Shown piece by piece: positions 57,700 to 64,000 of a DNA stretch of 64,000 bases; positions within the stretch are counted from its first letter, which is position 1; each line of letters starts with the position of its first letter. Source of the DNA: an uncultured bacterium (lineage in GTDB: Bacteria; Planctomycetota; UBA1135; GCA-002686595); assembly GCA_943787795.1 (NCBI GenBank), contig CALSNU010000007.1:32001-96000 (forward strand). The letters run 5' to 3'. The notes under the pieces are model-generated. The model was not told the DNA's origin. It was given only the letters and a program-made list of their open reading frames with translations, and searched no databases. A program made the position numbers and the translations under genes.

Positions 57700-59136
57700 T
57701 CAGGAGCCGTCCCGGGTGCCCTCCAAGGCGGGCTCGAAGGCGGGCTCAGGCTGCGAGGGCACCGGCGCGTGGACCGCCGCTCGCCAGCGGATGAGGTCGG
57801 CGTGCATGGCGGCGGTCCGTTCAGGGTCGTCCTCGGCGAGGTCCGTGCGCTCCAGCGGATCGGTCTCGAGGTCGTAGAGCTCGAGTCGTGGCGACGTCGC
57901 GGAGCCCGGATGGAAGAACTCGACGAGCTTCCAACGCCCGGCTCTGAGGACGCCGCCGGGCGTGGTGCGGAAGTGCTCGAAGCGGTCGCTCTTGCCCTGC
58001 AAGTAGCAGGGAAAGTGCCAGAAGAGCGGCCGCGGGGCGGGGGCGATTCGGTCCGCGAAGAGCCCCGTGAGATCGATACCGTCGAGCGCTGCGTCACCCC
58101 TCGGCTCGGCACCTGCCAGGGCGAGCAGGGTCGGGAGCAGGTCGACGTGATGGACGGGAGAGTGCTCGACTCCGGGTTCGACACGGCCGGGCCAGCGAAC
58201 GATCCAGGGGACGCGGACGCCGCCTTCGTCGAGGGTGCCCTTGTACCCACGGAGGATGTCGCGGTTCGTCACAGGCATGTGTCCGCCGTTGTCGGAGGTG
58301 AAGATCACGACCGTGTCCTGCGCGAGGTCCGCTTCCTCGAGGGCGGCGAGGAGGCGGCCTACCTCGTGGTCAAGGGCCTCCACCATGGCCGCGTACTTGG
58401 CGCTCTTCACGCCGGCGGCGCGCCGCTCGGCGACCCGCTCAGGTGGCGCCTGCAGCGGGGTGTGCACCGAGTAGTAGGCGAGGTGCATCAGGAACGGCGG
58501 CTCCATTCGCCCGACGAGTTGGATCGCCTCGTCGGTGAGCCTCGTGGTCAGGTATTCCCCCTCGGGCCCGTCCTCGAGGTCGGCGTTCTTGTAGGGCGAG
58601 AAGTAGCTCTTGGGGTGTCCGGCCTTGTTCCCCGCGACGTTGAAGTCGTAGCCCTGGGAGGTCGGATCGGGTCCGAGGTGCCACTTGCCGAGGTGCGCGG
58701 TTGAGTATCCGACGGGCCCCAGGTGTTCGGCGAGGGTGACCTCCGCGTCGGCCAGCGTCACGGTGTTCTGTACGGGGATGAGCTCTCGCTGCGGGGGCTT
58801 ACCGCGGGCCGCTGTTCCCACGGTGTAGACGCCGTGGCGCGGCGTGGTACGCCCGGTCTGCAGGCAGGCCCGGCTCGGGGCGCAGTTGGGGGCGGCGGCG
58901 TAACCGTTGGTCAGGACGAGGCCCTCGGACGCGAGGCGGGCGATGTTGGGCGTCCTGTGTTGCTCGCGGCCGCCGATACCTGGGAGCGCAGCGCCGAGGT
59001 CGCCGTATCCAAGGTCATCTACGAGGACGATCAGGAAGTTGGGCCTTGGCGCCTCTGGCTCTGACGCCGTGATGGGGGCGGACTGGGGAGCGGGCTGGGG
59101 GGCGAACGCAAGGCTGAGCAGGAGGGTGGAGAGCAT
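57700..59136 (-). CDS. Formylglycine-dependent sulfatase
   Basis: DDLGYGD, CAPSRACLQTG, GKWHLG, SVHTP, FTSDNG. Confidence 0.95.
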   Translation of the reverse strand: MLSTLLLSLAFAPQPAPQSAPITASEPEAPRPNFLIVLVDDLGYGDLGAALPGIGGREQHRTPNIARLASEGLVLTNGYAAAPNCAPSRACLQTGRTTPRHGVYTVGTAARGKPPQRELIPVQNTVTLADAEVTLAEHLGPVGYSTAHLGKWHLGPDPTSQGYDFNVAGNKAGHPKSYFSPYKNADLEDGPEGEYLTTRLTDEAIQLVGRMEPPFLMHLAYYSVHTPLQAPPERVAERRAAGVKSAKYAAMVEALDHEVGRLLAALEEADLAQDTVVIFTSDNGGHMPVTNRDILRGYKGTLDEGGVRVPWIVRWPGRVEPGVEHSPVHHVDLLPTLLALAGAEPRGDAALDGIDLTGLFADRIAPAPRPLFWHFPCYLQGKSDRFEHFRTTPGGVLRAGRWKLVEFFHPGSATSPRLELYDLETDPLERTDLAEDDPERTAAMHADLIRWRAAVHAPVPSQPEPAFEPALEGTRDGS

Positions 59137-59176
59137 CTCTCGCCCATCCTAGGGGGCCGGCTGCGATGCCGCTGGC

Positions 59177-59920
59177 TCAGCCGAGGGTTCGCGTGACGTA
59201 CTCCGCGAGGGCCCCCCTGACCTCATCGCTCGCCCACAGGGCGCGCACCTCCGCGCACGCGGCGGGGTCGAGGCCGGGCCCGCGCAGGACCTCGCGGGCT
59301 CTCTGCTTGGTGTAGGCGAAGCTCGAGGGGGGGATCGCAGCGAGGCGACGTGCGGTTTCGATGGCTCGGTCTTCGAGCTCCTCGGGCTCGACCACCTCGT
59401 CGATGAAGCCGAGCTCGAGCGCGTCCTCCATGCTGTGAACGGCGGCGTCGAGGAGCGCTCGCTGGAGGTTCTTGGGTCCGACCGAGAAGCGCACCAGCTC
59501 GACCGCGAGGGGCGGGAACGGGACGCCGACGGCGAGCTCAGGGACGCCCACGCGTCCCTTGCCGCGCGCGCCGAGGCGTCGGTCACCACAGCACGCGACC
59601 AGGCACCCGCCCGCGATGGCGTGACCGTTGCACGCGGTGACCAGGGGGCGGTCAGAGAACAAGAGCCGGGAGATGGCCCGGTCCAGGGCCGGCAGAAAGG
59701 CGTCGATGTACTCGGCCCCGCCGTCGACGAGCCGCTTGAGGTCGACCCCAGCGGAGAAGATGCTCCCGGTTCCGGTCAGGACACAGGCCCGTGCCTCGCT
59801 GGCCTCGAACTCGTCCATGGCGGAACAGAGCTCATCCAGGAGCTCGAGGTCGAGGGCGCTCGCCTTTCCGTGCGCGAGGCGGAGGAGGAGCACATCACCG
59901 TGGTCTTGGCGTTCGATCAT
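59177..59920 (-). CDS. Enoyl-CoA hydratase/isomerase family protein
   Basis: FSAGVDL, NGHAIAGG, PELAVG, ALELGFIDEVV. Confidence 0.9.
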   Translation of the reverse strand: MIERQDHGDVLLLRLAHGKASALDLELLDELCSAMDEFEASEARACVLTGTGSIFSAGVDLKRLVDGGAEYIDAFLPALDRAISRLLFSDRPLVTACNGHAIAGGCLVACCGDRRLGARGKGRVGVPELAVGVPFPPLAVELVRFSVGPKNLQRALLDAAVHSMEDALELGFIDEVVEPEELEDRAIETARRLAAIPPSSFAYTKQRAREVLRGPGLDPAACAEVRALWASDEVRGALAEYVTRTLG

Positions 59921-60280
59921 GCCCCAGAGCCTAGCCAGCGGGAGTCGAGGCGCAGAGGGCTTGCCGCCAGAGGTCCCGTATCCGGGTTTCTCCGCAGTTC
60001 TGTGGGGAAATGGATGGAGTTCTGGGGGATCCCCGCCGAAGGTCCCCACAGAGGGCTCTGACCCTCGCGCCGCATTCGCCGCCCCAAGGGGCGCGCCCAC
60101 GCGGTTCATGTCATCGGGCCGCGCAGCAAAAGCGGTCCCGGCGCTTGACAGGATTTCCGGTCCGGACCCACGCGGTCTCGACTCGTATCGCGCCGCTTCA
60201 AACCACCGCTTTCTCCCGCGCTGTCGTTGGGATCAGCACACGCGCCGCCAACCAAGGCGGGCGCGTTCCCACGTATTTTC

Positions 60281-61855
60281 ATGACGAAGGACTCCACCAG
60301 TCCGCGCCGTCGACGTCGTTCACGTCGCGGCGGCCGCCCCTCGACCACCCAGACCTCCTCTGAAGAGCAACGCTCGCCCCAGGAACCGCGTTCGGAGGCT
60401 CCCGCCAGGGAAGACACCGAGCGGGAGGTCTCCTTCCAGCCCGCTGAGGGCTCCACCGAGCGGGCCTCCGGCGCGCACAAGCGCGACGAGTTCAAGACGT
60501 TTGGACTCGACGCCCAGGTCCTGCGCGGGATCCAGGAGCTCGGCTTCACCGAGGCTCGACCGATCCAGCGCAAGGCCATCCCCGCCGTCCTCGAGGGCCG
60601 GGACGTCCTGGGCCTCGCGCAGACGGGGACGGGCAAGACCGCGGCCTTCGCGCTGCCCATTCTCGAGCACCTGCGCGGCGGCGGCGGTCAACGACGCGGC
60701 CCGCGGGCGCTCGTGATCGCGCCGACCCGCGAGCTGGCTCTCCAGATCCATGAGGAGTTCTCCAGCCTCGGGAAGTTCACCCGCGTGCGCTCGACGACCG
60801 TTTTCGGCGGCGTCCCGCAGAACGCGCAGGTGCGCGCCCTGAAGTCTCGGCCCGAGGTGGTGGTCGCGTGCCCCGGCCGGCTGCTTGACCTCGCCGGCCA
60901 GCGCGTGATCGACCTGCGCGACGTTGAGGTCCTCGTCCTTGACGAGGCCGACCACATGTTCGACATGGGCTTCCTGCCGAACGTCCGACAGATCCTCCGG
61001 CTGCTCCCCGAGCGCCGCCAGAACCTGCTCTTCTCGGCCACGATGCCGAAGGAGATCCGCCACCTGGCCGACGAGGTCTTGAACCGACCGACGGTCATCG
61101 AGCTGGCGCACAGCCGCCCCGCGGACACCATCGAACACGCGCTCTACGAGTGCGCGCAGCCGCGCCGCCTGGACCTCCTCGAGGAGATCCTCGGTGGTCC
61201 GGACTTCCGCTCCGCCATCGTCTTCCTGCGGACGAAGCATCGGGCGCGCAAGATCGCCAAGCAGCTCGACGCCCACGGACACCGGGCGATCGCCCTGCAG
61301 GGCAACATGTCCCAGAACCAGCGCGTGCGCGCCATGGAGGGCTTTCGCCGCGGGGACTACGACGTGCTGGTGGCGACCGACATCGCGGCCCGCGGGATCG
61401 ACGTCGCGGACGTGAGTCACGTGGTCAACTTCGATGTGCCGAACACTCCCGAGGCGTACACCCACCGCATCGGCCGCACCGGGCGCTCCAAGAAACAGGG
61501 CAAGGCCTTCACCTTCTTCGCCCGCGAAGACGGGGACCAGGTGCGTGCGATCGAGCGGCACCTCGGAGCCAAGATCCCGCGCAAGGCGCTCGAGGGCTTT
61601 GACCCCGGCGATGTGAACGCCATGCCCAAGCCCGCGGCGACCCGCGGTCGTGGTGGTGGCGGTGGCGGCGGCGGCCGAGGCGGCCGCGGTCCTCGTGGCG
61701 GCGGCGGCGGGGCGAAGCGCCGTGGGGGCGGTGGCGGACGCGGCTCCTCAGCGCCCAAGGCCTTCCCCAGGCCCGCAGCGCGCTCCTCCTCAGGAGGCGG
61801 CAGCGCGTCGCCTGGTCGCAAGAGCGGCGGCGGCGGTTTTGGCCGCGGCCTCTGA
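60281..61855 (+). CDS. DEAD-box RNA helicase (RhlE-like)
   Basis: Q motif, AQTGTGKT, PTRELA, DEAD, SAT, ARGID, HRIGRTGR; RG-rich tail. Confidence 0.95.
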   Translation: MTKDSTSPRRRRRSRRGGRPSTTQTSSEEQRSPQEPRSEAPAREDTEREVSFQPAEGSTERASGAHKRDEFKTFGLDAQVLRGIQELGFTEARPIQRKAIPAVLEGRDVLGLAQTGTGKTAAFALPILEHLRGGGGQRRGPRALVIAPTRELALQIHEEFSSLGKFTRVRSTTVFGGVPQNAQVRALKSRPEVVVACPGRLLDLAGQRVIDLRDVEVLVLDEADHMFDMGFLPNVRQILRLLPERRQNLLFSATMPKEIRHLADEVLNRPTVIELAHSRPADTIEHALYECAQPRRLDLLEEILGGPDFRSAIVFLRTKHRARKIAKQLDAHGHRAIALQGNMSQNQRVRAMEGFRRGDYDVLVATDIAARGIDVADVSHVVNFDVPNTPEAYTHRIGRTGRSKKQGKAFTFFAREDGDQVRAIERHLGAKIPRKALEGFDPGDVNAMPKPAATRGRGGGGGGGGRGGRGPRGGGGGAKRRGGGGGRGSSAPKAFPRPAARSSSGGGSASPGRKSGGGGFGRGL

Positions 61856-61954
61856 GCCAGACTTCTGAGCCAGACTTCTGAGTCAGACTTCTGAGTCAGA
61901 CTTCTGAGTTCGGCCCCCGAGTTCGGCCCCCGAGATCGGCCCCCGAGATTGGCC
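61851..61954. repeat. 8x 13-bp drifting tandem repeat between convergent genes
   Basis: TCTGAGCCAGACT x2, TCTGAGTCAGACT x2, then (T/C)C(T/C)GAG(T/A)T(C/T)GGCC x4. Confidence 0.9.
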
Positions 61955-61981
61955 CTGAGGTGCAGCGCCTGCCGCTGGCCC

Positions 61982-62680
61982 TCAGAGCCGGATCTCGAGC
62001 CGCTCGCCCAGTTCGAAGCTCGTCGGCGTCACGACGGTCGAGTAGGCGAGCAGCTCGACGCCCGCCTCGGCGACCTCGCGTAACCGCTTCGAGTAGACGG
62101 GGTCGATGTCGTCGGCCGGAGAGAAGGCCGTCACGTCCGCCCTGGAGACGCAGTACAGCATCACGCCCCGGTCCCCCGCGGCGACGACGTCTGCCAGCTC
62201 GTTGAGGTGCTTCAGCCCGCGGCTGGTCACCGCGTCGGGGAAGCGCGCGAGCTCTCCTTCCGCGAGGGTCGTGTTCTTCACCTCGACGTAGGCGCGGCCA
62301 AGTTCTGGGTCCTCAAGGAGCAGGTCGATACGGCTGTTCTTGCCGTACTTCACCTCGCGCTTTGCGGTCGCGTAGCCGAGGAGCGGCTCGATCTTGCCGG
62401 CCTCCACGGCCTCGAACGCGAGGGCGTTGGGGAGGCCGGTGTCGACGTTGACCCAGGTGCCGCCGACCTCGATGGTCTGGAACGTGTGGCGCAGCTTCCG
62501 CTTCGGATCCTCGCTATCTCGCAACGCGACGCGAGCCCCCGCCTCGAGGCAGCCCTTCATGGACCCGGTGTTGGGGCAGTGGGCCGTCAGGAGAGAGCCG
62601 TCCTCCAGCTCCACGTCCGTGAGGAAGCGCTTGTAGCGCTTGATGAAGGTCCCGACGACGACCGGCTGCTGGATCTGCAT
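61982..62680 (-). CDS. sfsA: DNA/RNA nuclease SfsA
   Basis: RYKRFL.DV, AHCPNTGSM, SRIDLLL, YVEVKN, FPDAVTSRG.KHL. Confidence 0.95.
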   Translation of the reverse strand: MQIQQPVVVGTFIKRYKRFLTDVELEDGSLLTAHCPNTGSMKGCLEAGARVALRDSEDPKRKLRHTFQTIEVGGTWVNVDTGLPNALAFEAVEAGKIEPLLGYATAKREVKYGKNSRIDLLLEDPELGRAYVEVKNTTLAEGELARFPDAVTSRGLKHLNELADVVAAGDRGVMLYCVSRADVTAFSPADDIDPVYSKRLREVAEAGVELLAYSTVVTPTSFELGERLEIRL

Positions 62681-62848
62681 GCCCAGGACTCTAGGCCCAG
62701 GCGTCCCGTCTCGCGCCGCCCTCGGCAGGGTTTAGCCGCTGGGGTGCCGAGGGGACCGTCTCAGTGCGGACTGGACGTGGCCCGATTCCAAAATTGCCCG
62801 GCTTGACCCCTCTCCACCGGGCCGCATCAGGCCTAGACTTCCTGGCCG

Positions 62849-63826
62849 ATGATGAGACTCATTCTCAGCCAAGATCCGCCGCGGCGCGCCCAAGGGGCAT
62901 GGTCTCGGGCCCTGCTCGCCCTCGGCATGGCCCTGCCGTTTGTGGCCTGCAGCGAGGTCTCGGGCGTCTCCGACGCGCCGCTGGTGGTCGTGACCACGGG
63001 TCAAATCCATGACGCCGCCGAGGCGCTCATGGAAGGCGTCACGGTCGAGCTGAAGCTGCTCTGCGGTCCTGGGGTCGATCCCCACAGCTACGGCGCGAGC
63101 ACCCGCGACGTGCTGGCCATGGACCAGGCCGCCCTCATCGTCTTCAACGGCTTCCACCTCGAGGCCCAGCTGTCCGAGCTCCTGGAGCGTGAGGCCATCG
63201 CGGCGAAGAGCTGGTCGATGGCCAGCGCATTCCCCGCAGGGCGCTGTCTGGGCTGGAGCGAGGAGGGCGTGGAGACGGACAGCTTCGATCCGCACATCTG
63301 GAACGATCTTGAGGGATGGTCCAGCTGCGTCGAGGCGCTCTCGTCCGAGCTCGTTGCGCTATTCCCGGGTAGCGCATCGCAGATCGAGGCCAACGCGGCG
63401 GCCTACTCCCGCGAGCTCCTCGAGGTCGACGCGTGGGCGAGCCAGCGGCTCGAGCAGATCCCGGAGGCACGTCGCATTCTCGTGAGCGGCCACGACGCGT
63501 TCAGCTACTTCGCCCGGAACTACGGCCTCGAGACCCTGGCCATTCTTGGCGTTGGGAACGACCCCGAGGCGGACCTCCGGACCATGCGGTCCGTCGCCGA
63601 TCGCGTGGTCGAGATGAGGGTTCCCGTGTTGTTCCTCGAGTCCATCACCAACCCGCGGCTCACCCAGGCGCTCCTCGAGGCGTGCGAGGCACGGGGCTGG
63701 GAAGTGCGGATTGCAGACGAGCCTCTCTACTCGGACGACCTCGGCGTGGAGGCCCCGGCCGACACCTTCCTCGGGGCCTTCCGTGCGAACGTTGAGGTCA
63801 TCTCCACAGCGCTGGGGACGCCATGA
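62849..63826 (+). CDS. Metal (Mn/Fe/Zn) ABC transporter substrate-binding lipoprotein (TroA-like)
   Basis: Lipobox [31 protein letters not shown]. Confidence 0.92.
   Translation: MMRLILSQDPPRRAQGAWSRALLALGMALPFVACSEVSGVSDAPLVVVTTGQIHDAAEALMEGVTVELKLLCGPGVDPHSYGASTRDVLAMDQAALIVFNGFHLEAQLSELLEREAIAAKSWSMASAFPAGRCLGWSEEGVETDSFDPHIWNDLEGWSSCVEALSSELVALFPGSASQIEANAAAYSRELLEVDAWASQRLEQIPEARRILVSGHDAFSYFARNYGLETLAILGVGNDPEADLRTMRSVADRVVEMRVPVLFLESITNPRLTQALLEACEARGWEVRIADEPLYSDDLGVEAPADTFLGAFRANVEVISTALGTP
62853..62867. promoter_or_regulatory. Fur-family operator (7-1-7 palindrome)
   Basis: TGAGACTCATTCTCA at the start of a metal ABC operon; TAGACT -10-like hexamer at 62834-62839. Confidence 0.6.
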
Positions 63827-64000
63827 TCCAGCGCGGCGGCCTCGAGATCCCCACTGACCAGCCTGCCCTCGACGTGGAGGGACTGACGGTCACGTACGGA
63901 CAGGAGCCTGCGCTCTGGAACGCCGACCTCCGCCTGAGCCGAGGGTCGCTCGCCGCCATCGTGGGTCCGAACGGCGCGGGCAAGAGCACGCTGCTGAAGG
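63823..64000 (+). CDS. Metal ABC transporter ATPase (partial, runs off window)
   Basis: ATGA overlap with SBP; Walker [13 protein letters not shown]. Confidence 0.85.
   Translation, partial: MIQRGGLEIPTDQPALDVEGLTVTYGQEPALWNADLRLSRGSLAAIVGPNGAGKSTLLK

Noticed and set aside
59999..60052. 10-bp inverted repeat upstream of the DEAD-box helicase as an ncRNA
   Set aside because: No recognisable RNA family features; such stems are common at this GC content
61851..61954. CRISPR array (also considered for 10443-10548 and 5731-5838)
   Set aside because: Units are 7-13 bp and directly adjacent, with no unique spacers and no cas genes

Overview
GC-rich bacterial window. Gene style (ECF/anti-sigma, sulfatase, HEAT and TPR proteins) suggests a Planctomycetota-like organism, but that is inference only. 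The centre (~10.5-49.2 kb, plus flgM and a CheX-like gene at 52.7-54.0 kb) is a large flagellar cluster. The minus-strand block holds a sigma54 activator, pseudo-kinase, pseudo-receiver/RsbW-like kinase, three TPR-type envelope proteins, an FlgS/FlgR-like pair, flgBC, fliEFGHIJ, a MotE-like gene, motA, two motB and fliLMN. The plus-strand block holds three minimal flagellins, fliDS, a fliT-like gene, fliOPQR, flhBAFG, a flgV-like gene, fliA and five uncharacterised genes. Much of the regulatory wiring is readable: two consensus sigma54 promoters share a GTGTCGC-N5-GCGACAC palindrome, several sigma28 promoters are present, and a covarying RNA hairpin (loop YCGUGAACG) sits in all three flagellin leaders. 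Hook, distal-rod, P/L-ring, junction and core che genes are absent from the window. The flanks carry an ECF operon, selU, a frameshifted pepN, hydrolases/peptidases, a sulfatase, a DEAD-box helicase, sfsA and a metal ABC transporter with a Fur-type box. No rRNA, tRNA, CRISPR or mobile element was recognised. All calls come from motif recognition by eye; no searches were run.
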